Shown: positions 19,591-27,576 of the stretch, in pieces
Layout: every line of letters starts with the position of its first letter
Position numbering within the stretch: position 1 is the stretch's first letter
Assembly (NCBI GenBank): GCA_965198005.1
Contig: CBDAOI010000002.1
Span: forward strand, 512,001 to 576,000
Length of the DNA: 64,000 nt
From: Spirochaetia bacterium
GTDB taxonomy: Bacteria > Spirochaetota > Spirochaetia > SZUA-6 > Bin103
Reading direction: 5' to 3'
Made by a program: the position numbers and the translations under genes
Notes under the pieces: generated by a model
Database searches by the model: none
What the model was told of the DNA's origin: nothing
Seen by the model: the letters and a program-made list of their open reading frames with translations, nothing else

Positions 19591-20729
19591 ACGGTGATCC
19601 GCGGCACCCGGAGCCGGAACAGGCGCATGGGCAACCCGCCATGAGCCGGCGGGTGGTGCGCGGGCGCGGGGCGGTGGCCAACCCCGCCAACCGCTTCGAC
19701 CGCCTGGAGTACACCCCGGATCCGGAGGCGTTGCAGGCGCAGGCGGACGCCGGCGAGGCGCCGGAGCGGCCGGCCACCGAGCTGCTGCGCGACCGGTCGC
19801 GCACCATCATCACCTACAACGACAGCCCCGACGTGGGCTTCGACGCCAGCGTCAACCCGTACCGCGGGTGCGAGCACGGCTGCGCCTACTGCTACGCGCG
19901 CCCCACCCACGAGTACCTCGGCTACTCCGCCGGGCTCGACTTCGAGACCCGGATCCTGGTCAAGGAAGATGCCCCGCGCCTGCTGCGGGCGGAGCTGGCA
20001 CGGCCGGGCTGGCGGCCGCAGCCGTTGGCGCTCAGCGGCGTCACCGACCCCTACCAGCCGATCGAGCGGCGGCTGGGCGTGACGCGCGGCTGCCTGGAGG
20101 TGCTGGCCGAGGCGGGCAATCCGGTGTTCGTGGTGACCAAGAACCATCTGGTCACGCGCGACCTCGACCTGCTGGCGGAGCTTGCCCGGCGCGAGCTGGC
20201 GGCGGTGTGCGTGTCCCTGCCTACGATAGACGCCGCGCTGAGCCGCCTGCTCGAGCCGCGCACCAGCCAGCCGCAGCGCCGGCTGGACGCGATCGCGCGC
20301 CTGTCCGCGACGGGCGTCCCGGTGACGGTGCTGATCGCGCCGGTGATCCCCGGCCTGACCGATCACGAGATCCCGGCTATCGCCGCCGCGGCGCGGGCCG
20401 CGGGCGCCACTCACGCCGGCTACGTCACCCTGCGGCTGCCGCACACGGTGGCGCCGCTGTTCACCGCCTGGCTGGAGGAACACCGCCCCACCATGGCCGA
20501 CAAGGTGCTCGGCCGGCTGCGCGACCTGCGCGGCGGCCGGCTCTATCAGTCCGGCTTCGGCCAACGGATGCGCGGTCAGGGGCCGTTCGCCGACCTGATC
20601 AGCGGCATGTTCACCGGCGCCTGCCGCCGCCACGGCCTGAGCACCGAGCGCATCGCCCTCCGCACCGACCGGTTTCAGCGGCCGGAATACGCACCGGGAG
20701 CCGACTCGGCGCAGTTGCGGCTGTTCTGA
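19587..20729 (+). CDS. PA0069/SplB-like radical SAM protein
   Basis: RGRGA..NP.NRF, NPYRGCEHGCAYCYARPTH, TDPYQPIE. Confidence 0.92.
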   Translation: MNGDPRHPEPEQAHGQPAMSRRVVRGRGAVANPANRFDRLEYTPDPEALQAQADAGEAPERPATELLRDRSRTIITYNDSPDVGFDASVNPYRGCEHGCAYCYARPTHEYLGYSAGLDFETRILVKEDAPRLLRAELARPGWRPQPLALSGVTDPYQPIERRLGVTRGCLEVLAEAGNPVFVVTKNHLVTRDLDLLAELARRELAAVCVSLPTIDAALSRLLEPRTSQPQRRLDAIARLSATGVPVTVLIAPVIPGLTDHEIPAIAAAARAAGATHAGYVTLRLPHTVAPLFTAWLEEHRPTMADKVLGRLRDLRGGRLYQSGFGQRMRGQGPFADLISGMFTGACRRHGLSTERIALRTDRFQRPEYAPGADSAQLRLF

Positions 20730-20771
20730 CGCGGTTCTGCCGCTGCTCGACGCCTACGACGCGAATGACGC

Positions 20772-21926
20772 CTACAGATCCTTCTCGTAGATGCGGTAGC
20801 GCTTGTACACGCGGGCGCCCATCTTCTCCAGGGTGTTGCGCATGGCGTAGTTGTCCTCCAGCACCCAGGAGAACTCGCCGCGCCAGAACCCCTTGGCCCG
20901 GCCGCGGGTGTAGGTTTCATGGTAGAAGATGGCGTCCAGCGCGAGATTGCGAAACTTGTGCCGGATGCCGGCCAGGGCCACGCGCAGCAGGTCCATCCGG
21001 CGCCGGTGCCACAGCACCTTGAGCACCCCGAACGGAAACAGGCGTCCGTTGAGCCGGCGCAGAACCTGGTGAAAGTCGGGCAGCGCGAGCGAGAATCCGG
21101 CCGGTTCGCCGTCGACGAAGGCGAAGAATACCAGCTCGGGGTCGACGATCAGCTTGAGGTCGGCGGCGGCGTAGTCGATCTCGGCGTCGGTCCAGGGCAC
21201 GAAACCCCAGTTCCCGGTCCAGGCGTCGTTGTAAATATGCTTGATCAACTCCATCTCGCGGCCCAGCTTACTCAGGTCGGCGTGGCGGATGGTAACGTTG
21301 TGCCGGCGCCGGACCAGCTCGGCGAAGCGCGCGACCCGCGGCGGGACCGGCGTCTCGCGGGCATCCATGTACAGGGCGACCAGGTCCTTGGCCTTGTCCA
21401 GCCCGGCCGCCTCCAGCAGGCGCGGGTAGTAGGAGGGGTTGTAGGGCATGAGAATCGTCGACGGCAGGTCGTAGGCGTCGAGCAGGATGCCGAGCGAGTC
21501 CGCGGTGGATGGATTGACCGGGCCGCGGATGCAGGTCATGCCGCGCGACTTCAGCCAGCTTGCGGCGGCCCGCAGCAGTGCGTCGGCCACGACCTGCAGA
21601 TCCAGCGCCTCGAAGAACCCGAAGAAGCCGGTGGTCTCATGGTGGAAGCTGTTGTGGTGATCGTCGATGATGGCGGCGACGGTGCCCACCACGGCGCCGT
21701 CGTGACAGGCGAGGAACGGCTGAATCCGGGCATGCTGATAGAACGGATTGTTGGCGGTGTCGAGCTTCTTCTTGAAGTCGGCGATCAGCGGCGGCACCCA
21801 GGCGGAGTTGCCGCGGTACACCGACCACGGAAAGCGGATGAACTGGCGCTGCTGGGCGGACGTGGTGACCGGCACCACCGTGATCCGGTCGGCGGACACG
21901 ACAGACACGACCGCATCCCTCGGCAT
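20772..21926 (-). CDS. YghO-like GNAT-fold protein
   Basis: FI.FPW..Y....WVPPL, GFFGFFE, RGPVNPS, MPYNPSYY, WGFVP, SWVLEDN. Confidence 0.8.
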   Translation of the reverse strand: MPRDAVVSVVSADRITVVPVTTSAQQRQFIRFPWSVYRGNSAWVPPLIADFKKKLDTANNPFYQHARIQPFLACHDGAVVGTVAAIIDDHHNSFHHETTGFFGFFEALDLQVVADALLRAAASWLKSRGMTCIRGPVNPSTADSLGILLDAYDLPSTILMPYNPSYYPRLLEAAGLDKAKDLVALYMDARETPVPPRVARFAELVRRRHNVTIRHADLSKLGREMELIKHIYNDAWTGNWGFVPWTDAEIDYAAADLKLIVDPELVFFAFVDGEPAGFSLALPDFHQVLRRLNGRLFPFGVLKVLWHRRRMDLLRVALAGIRHKFRNLALDAIFYHETYTRGRAKGFWRGEFSWVLEDNYAMRNTLEKMGARVYKRYRIYEKDL

Positions 21927-21964
21927 GGCGGGCACCATGGTACGCCGCCGCCGGTCGGGGTGCA

Positions 21965-22957
21965 ATGGGGGCGACGGTGCTGGTAGCCGTCACCGGCGCC
22001 ACCGGCTTCGTCGGCTCCCACCTGGTGGCCGCGCTGGCCGCGCGCGGCGACCGGGTACGCTGCCTGGTCCGCCCCGCGAGCGACCGCGCGCTGCTGCCGG
22101 CGGGGGTGGAGACGGTGACGGCGGCCGGCCTGGACGATACCGCGGCGCTGGCGCGGCTGGTGCGCGGCAGCGCCGCCGTGGTGCACGCCGCCGGCCTCAC
22201 CCGCTCCTGGACACCGCGGGCGCTGTACCAGGTCAACCGCGCCGGCACCGGCGCCCTGTGCGCGACCCTGGCGCAGGTCCATCCCGGTGTCGGCCAGCTC
22301 ATCTACGTCAGCAGTCAGGCGGCAGTGGGCCCGTCCGCGCCCGGCCGCCCGCGGCGCGAGCAGGATCCGCCCGCGCCCGTCACCGCGTACGGCCGCAGCA
22401 AGCTGGCCGGCGAAGCGGTGTGCCGCCGCTACCCCACGCTGCCGATCACCGTCATCCGCCCGCCAGCCGTGTACGGCCCGCGCGACCGCGACGTCTTCGC
22501 CTACTTCCGGCTGGTGCGCGGCGGCCTGCGTCCGGTGCTGGTGGGCGGCAGCCGCCTGAGCATGATCTACGTCGCCAACCTGGTGGATGCCCTGCTCGCC
22601 GCGCTGGATCACCCGCCACCCGCCGGGGTGCGGACCTACCACGTGGCGGACCAGGCGGTGGTGACCATGACCGCGGTGGCTGAGTGGATCGCCGCGGCGT
22701 ACGGCCGCCGCACCTGGCGGGTGCCGGTCCCGCAAGCCGCCCTGTACGCCGCCGGCCTGCCGCTGGCCGCCGCCGGCCGTCTCCTGCGCCGCGACCTGCT
22801 GCTCAGCCGCGACAAGCTGCGCGAGATCGCCCAGCCTGCGTGGACCCTCGACACCGCCGCCATCGCCGCCGAGCTCGGCTACCGGCCGCGGGTCCGCACC
22901 CACGACGGCATCCGCGCCACCGCGCATTGGTACCTCGACCACGGCTGGCTGCGGTGA
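21965..22957 (+). CDS. NAD-dependent epimerase/dehydratase (extended SDR)
   Basis: VTGATGFVG, HAAG, YGRSK, RPPAVYGP. Confidence 0.9.
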   Translation: MGATVLVAVTGATGFVGSHLVAALAARGDRVRCLVRPASDRALLPAGVETVTAAGLDDTAALARLVRGSAAVVHAAGLTRSWTPRALYQVNRAGTGALCATLAQVHPGVGQLIYVSSQAAVGPSAPGRPRREQDPPAPVTAYGRSKLAGEAVCRRYPTLPITVIRPPAVYGPRDRDVFAYFRLVRGGLRPVLVGGSRLSMIYVANLVDALLAALDHPPPAGVRTYHVADQAVVTMTAVAEWIAAAYGRRTWRVPVPQAALYAAGLPLAAAGRLLRRDLLLSRDKLREIAQPAWTLDTAAIAAELGYRPRVRTHDGIRATAHWYLDHGWLR

Positions 22958-23008
22958 CGGCGGACGGGATGGGCTATAAGCGGCGCCCCGGGCGGCGGTT
23001 GCGGGGCA

Positions 23009-26000
23009 CTACTTCGGCTTCGGCTTGCGCCGGATCTTTACCTTGATGGTCTCGCCGGGCTTGATCTTGATGGTCTTGCCGGGCTTGAGGTCGAGCTGCG
23101 TGCTGCGCGGCATCTTCTTGCGCACCCGGGCCACGTCGCGAGTGCGGCCGAGGCGCTGCCAGACGGCCAGCGCCTCGTCGTACCGCTGCTGGCGCTCGTA
23201 GATGCGCGCCACGCCCGGCTCGTCACCGAGCGCCTCGTAGCAGCGGATCGCATCCGGGTAGCACTTGCCGTCGCGGAACGTGCGGGCCGCTTCCTTGAGC
23301 TCGCCAGCCTCCTCGTAAATGCGCCCGGCGCGGTCGTGCGCGCGATGGTCGAGGCAGATCGAAGCCGCGCGCTCCCATTGGTCGTGCTCGAGCAGCAACG
23401 CGACCGCATCCGGATAGCGCCGGCTGCTGCGGGCGAACAGGGCCACGTTCGACTCGTTCACGCTGAGCGACGCCAATCCCGCCTCGAACGCGGCCGGATC
23501 GTCCAGCACCGTACAGAGCCTCAGTGCCGGATCGTCATCCTCCGCGGCCGCCCGGGTCAGGCGGTCGACGAAGTAGTCGTGGCCGCCGTCCGGCTCGGGG
23601 CGGGAGACCTGGATCCTGGTCATGATCGGCACGATCACGCTGTAATGCCGCAGGTCAATGACCAGATCACTCAGCTCGGGCGACAGACGCCAGTGGTAGA
23701 CGAAGTAATGGGACAGCGAGCCGCCGAGCAGCGCGCTCACCCGCTCCCGGCGGTCGGGTTCCGTTCCGCGGTACACGCAGCCATGCAGGAGCCGCAGCAG
23801 GACCTCTTTGGTGCGCTCGTCGCCGAACCGGCACAGCAGGGAGACTCCCCCTCCGGTAGCGAGCATCAGCGACTCCGCCTCGACGAGCGAAAGCGCCAGC
23901 TCCGGACGCGCGTCGAGATAGGCATCGGATTCGACGAAGCAGTGGTGTCCCAGGCAGTACGCGATGGCTGAGGCGTGTTGTTCGAGTCGGGCGTACGCGG
24001 TGACGACGCCGTCCACGTACAGCCCGCCGGCCGCCTGGTCCAGGGCCAGATAGTGGGCCAGCGCCCGCTCGTATTCGGCGGCGCGCAGCAGGCGTCCGGC
24101 GGTACGGTTCAGCTCGGTGATCCGGTCCCCACTCCCCGCGCGCAGGTCCTCCAGGTAGTCGACCAGATGGCCGGTCGCCGCCGCGACACTGTCGGGGCCG
24201 CCGTCCCGCGCCGCCATGCGCGCCGCCTCCCGGAACCGGCCGCACTGGGCCAGACACTGCGCCGCCGCGTCGTGCCGGCCGATTTCGGCGAACAGATGGG
24301 CCGCGCGCTCCGGATAGCCGCGCCGCTGATAGATCGGGGCCGCCTGCGCCAACTGGCCGAGCGCGACCATGCGCACCGCGGCCCGCATTCCGGGACGCTT
24401 GGGACTGATTTTCGCCAGCCGCCGCTCCAGATCGCGCCGCGCCTCCGGCGAGCTTTCGGCGTAGCGCCGGAAGCAGTCGGCGGCGCGCTCCAGGTCGCCC
24501 ATTTTTTCGTACTCCAACCCCGCGTCGTGGTACGACCCGCCGTTCAGCAGGCAACGCAGCAGCGCGCCGCCGTCGCCCAGGCGCCGGTAGAGGGCGCCGG
24601 CCCGGATGTGGTCGCCGGCCTGCTCGAACTCCTCCGCCGCCGGCCGCAGCAGCCCGGCGCGGCGAAACTGGACCGCCGCCGCCGCGTGGTCACCGGCCAG
24701 CTTCAGGTAGCGCGCCGCCTGCGCGCTGGCCTTGCGTTCCAGATGGAACTGCGCCAGCTTTTCGAACTCGCGCCCCCGTTCCCAGTTGCGCAGGATGCCC
24801 TCCTCGACCCCGAGCTGCTGCCACCGCTTGGCCGCGGCGCCGAAGTTGCCGGCAGCCTCGTAGTACTTCGCCTCGCACGCCACCGCGCGCATCTCGCTGC
24901 CGGTGCGGCGCCACGCGCGGGCGGCCTCGCGGAACGCCCCGGCCCGTTCCAGGTTTTCGGCCGCCCGGGTGACGCGGCCGTGGCGGGCGAACAGTCCGGC
25001 GGCGCCGCGATGGTCCCCTTCCCGTTCCAGCCGGCAGGCGCGCGCCAGCTCTTCCTTGACCCCCGCCTGCGCGTGGCGGTAGCACTCCTCGGCCGCGGAG
25101 AAGTGCTCCCGGTCCGCGAAGTAATCTCCCTGCGCCTCCCACTCGGCGGGCGTGGACACGCGCTGCCAGAGCGTGCCGAAGGCGCCGGCATCGGCCGACC
25201 GGTACACGTGCGCGGCGAGCGTATCGATGGTCCAGATCGGGCTCACCTGCTCCCCGTCCCAGATCACGAGGGTATTGCGCGCGCGCGTCACCGCCACGTA
25301 CAGGAGACTCAGCTCATGCCGGATGTGCGGTGTGTCGGCAGCGCCGCGCACCTTGTCCGTGGCGATGCGCCGCCAGATGGCAGGCGAGCCCTCCGCGGCC
25401 GAGAAGCGCCACAGCAGAACCGCGTCGAACTCCAACCCCTTGGCCTCGTTGATGGTAAACACCAGTTCCGTGCGCAGCGTTCGGCGCAAGCGGTCACGCT
25501 CCCGCTCGGTGCGGACCAGCACCACCTGCCCGGCGCCGCCCAGACGGAGCCGGTCGAGCAGGTCGCTCTCCGCCGGACCGTCCACCAGCAGCGGCGGCCG
25601 GCCGCGGAACGTCCAGTGCTCGGTTATCTCGCCGCTCGCCAGACCGATCAGACTGCGCTTCAACTGCAACAGACTGTTGGCCAGGCTGACGATGTTCCCC
25701 ACGCTGCGAAAGTTGATGCTCAGGTTGATCACGTCCGGCACCTGCAGGCCGCGCTCGTAGTAGCGGGCGCGCACCTCCTCCCAGCGGAAGCCGCTCGGAT
25801 TGATGATCTGCTTGGGGTCGCCGGTGAGCACGGTGCGGCGCGGGTCGGTGGCGAGGCGGAACAGCAGCGCGAGTTGCATGTCGGTGAAGTCCTGCACCTC
25901 GTCGCACACCACCAAGTCGTAGCGGAACTGATCGCCGTGCCGTTCCAGGTACTGGAGCGCGACGCGCGTCAGATCGATTTCGTCGTAGCGGGCGGTGGCC

Positions 26001-27439
26001 TCCAGCCGCTCCTGGTAGTACTCGGCGAGACGATAGATCTCCTGCCGGTCGAACGGGAAGTTGGGCGCCCGCTTGTACCCCAGCCCCTCGTACTCACGCA
26101 GGGTGAGCAGCGGCTGATCGAGCCGTCCCGCCTGCTTCTCCAGCAGACGCACGGCGGCCTCGAGCAGGAAGATCTGCTCGGCGCGGCGCGCCGGGTCTCC
26201 CTCACGCAGGCTGACCGCGAACTCCTGCAGGCTGGCGAAGGACGTCTTGCGCGCGCGTACGCTGTCGAGCCTGGCGCCCAGCTCCAGATTGTTCAGCCGG
26301 ATTACATACTCGGCCAGCTCGGCCCGGCCGCGCGGCGCAGTCTGCCCGGCGCCGAAGTGCCCTGCCAGCTCGGCGAACCGGCGCCGGCTCACCGGGGGCT
26401 TGGCGCCCTTGATGATGGAGCGGATCTCCTCCCAGACCAGCTCCACGTCGTAGCGGGCGGCCGCCGGGTGGTTGCGGAAGATGGCCCCGAACTCGGCCAA
26501 CCCCGCCGGCGGGTCCTGCCATGCCGGTCGCCCGGCACGGGTCATGATCTCCACCAGCAACTCCGCGAACGTGGCGAAGCGCACGGCCTCCGGAGCGTGC
26601 TCCAGGTCGGTGGCCTTTACCAGGCCGCGGTAGATGCGCTCGGAGAACCGCTTCAGGTGCGCGCTGCAGGTGAGAAACAGCGCCCGCTCCGAATTCGCGG
26701 CGGGAGCGGAAGCGGCGGGAGCGGTGCCGTAGCCGCCGGATACGGCGGCGGCCGCGAGCCGGCGCACGCGGTGGCGCAGCAGGAAGTACACCGCGACGGT
26801 GGTCTTGCCGCTGCCGGCGGTACCCGACAGCAGCAGCGGCGGTTCGCTGTGCAGCAGGCGCGCCTGCTCGGGGGTGAGGAACAGGTACAGCTCGACGTGG
26901 TCGCTGGCATGGGCCGCCTGCAGGCGCCGCCACTCCTCGTCATCCACCACCAGCCAGCGCTGCGGCCCGGCGTCGACCGGAGCGTCGGGGCCGGGAGCGG
27001 CGAGGGGCTGGTCCAGGGCCGGCGAGAAGTAGTCTTCGCCCAGGTCGCCGGCGTCCAGGTAGGGCAGCTCCTCGACGACATCCGGCTGGAAGTCGAGGAA
27101 CGGCGCGTTGGCGGGCACGATGCGCCGCTCGGCGGCGTCCACGTCGTCGTGCTTGACCACCCCCCACACGTAGATACGGGTGCGCCCGGAACCGTTCCCC
27201 CCGTTCCCGTCGGTGGGCGTGCCGAGCGTGAACAGGATCCGGTCGCCGCGGCTGAGGCGAGCCTCGAACACCGTGCGCGCGCTGCCCTTGAGCTTCTTGA
27301 CCCGCACGCCGGTTTCCCACAGGCCCTCCGTGAGGAACTCCAGCTTCTCGCGCAGGCGCCGCTTGGCGCCGCTGCCCAGCGACACCACGTGGGAGCGGAC
27401 CGTGTCATGGAGGAGGAGGGTATAAACTCGACGTTGCAT
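23009..27439 (-). CDS. RelE-like N-domain + UvrD/SF1 helicase + long TPR/alpha-solenoid protein (TRANK1-like helicase-TPR core)
   Basis: LTPEQ, SGTAGSGKTT, DEVQD, GDPKQ, NFRS, AKGLEFD, LYVAVTRAR. N-terminal VKKLKG..FEARLSRGDRILF..YVWGVVKHD. C-terminal repeats of the type AA..FE.AG....A..Y. Confidence 0.85.
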   Translation of the reverse strand: MQRRVYTLLLHDTVRSHVVSLGSGAKRRLREKLEFLTEGLWETGVRVKKLKGSARTVFEARLSRGDRILFTLGTPTDGNGGNGSGRTRIYVWGVVKHDDVDAAERRIVPANAPFLDFQPDVVEELPYLDAGDLGEDYFSPALDQPLAAPGPDAPVDAGPQRWLVVDDEEWRRLQAAHASDHVELYLFLTPEQARLLHSEPPLLLSGTAGSGKTTVAVYFLLRHRVRRLAAAAVSGGYGTAPAASAPAANSERALFLTCSAHLKRFSERIYRGLVKATDLEHAPEAVRFATFAELLVEIMTRAGRPAWQDPPAGLAEFGAIFRNHPAAARYDVELVWEEIRSIIKGAKPPVSRRRFAELAGHFGAGQTAPRGRAELAEYVIRLNNLELGARLDSVRARKTSFASLQEFAVSLREGDPARRAEQIFLLEAAVRLLEKQAGRLDQPLLTLREYEGLGYKRAPNFPFDRQEIYRLAEYYQERLEATARYDEIDLTRVALQYLERHGDQFRYDLVVCDEVQDFTDMQLALLFRLATDPRRTVLTGDPKQIINPSGFRWEEVRARYYERGLQVPDVINLSINFRSVGNIVSLANSLLQLKRSLIGLASGEITEHWTFRGRPPLLVDGPAESDLLDRLRLGGAGQVVLVRTERERDRLRRTLRTELVFTINEAKGLEFDAVLLWRFSAAEGSPAIWRRIATDKVRGAADTPHIRHELSLLYVAVTRARNTLVIWDGEQVSPIWTIDTLAAHVYRSADAGAFGTLWQRVSTPAEWEAQGDYFADREHFSAAEECYRHAQAGVKEELARACRLEREGDHRGAAGLFARHGRVTRAAENLERAGAFREAARAWRRTGSEMRAVACEAKYYEAAGNFGAAAKRWQQLGVEEGILRNWERGREFEKLAQFHLERKASAQAARYLKLAGDHAAAAVQFRRAGLLRPAAEEFEQAGDHIRAGALYRRLGDGGALLRCLLNGGSYHDAGLEYEKMGDLERAADCFRRYAESSPEARRDLERRLAKISPKRPGMRAAVRMVALGQLAQAAPIYQRRGYPERAAHLFAEIGRHDAAAQCLAQCGRFREAARMAARDGGPDSVAAATGHLVDYLEDLRAGSGDRITELNRTAGRLLRAAEYERALAHYLALDQAAGGLYVDGVVTAYARLEQHASAIAYCLGHHCFVESDAYLDARPELALSLVEAESLMLATGGGVSLLCRFGDERTKEVLLRLLHGCVYRGTEPDRRERVSALLGGSLSHYFVYHWRLSPELSDLVIDLRHYSVIVPIMTRIQVSRPEPDGGHDYFVDRLTRAAAEDDDPALRLCTVLDDPAAFEAGLASLSVNESNVALFARSSRRYPDAVALLLEHDQWERAASICLDHRAHDRAGRIYEEAGELKEAARTFRDGKCYPDAIRCYEALGDEPGVARIYERQQRYDEALAVWQRLGRTRDVARVRKKMPRSTQLDLKPGKTIKIKPGETIKVKIRRKPKPK

Positions 27440-27576
27440 TTGATCGATCCCGTAGGCAGATCCCGTGCGCGTGACCGCCGCCATCCTACCATGCGGCCGC
27501 GCCCGCCTGCAGCACGCCGCCGCGCGACCAAGCCCTCCGTCGGCGGCGGCGAACGCTGCGTACGCTCGGTTACGGT

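Noticed and set aside
22985-23007. GCCCCG/CGGGGC stem between convergent genes
   Set aside because: 6-bp stem with a large loop and no U-tract; weak evidence in GC-rich DNA.
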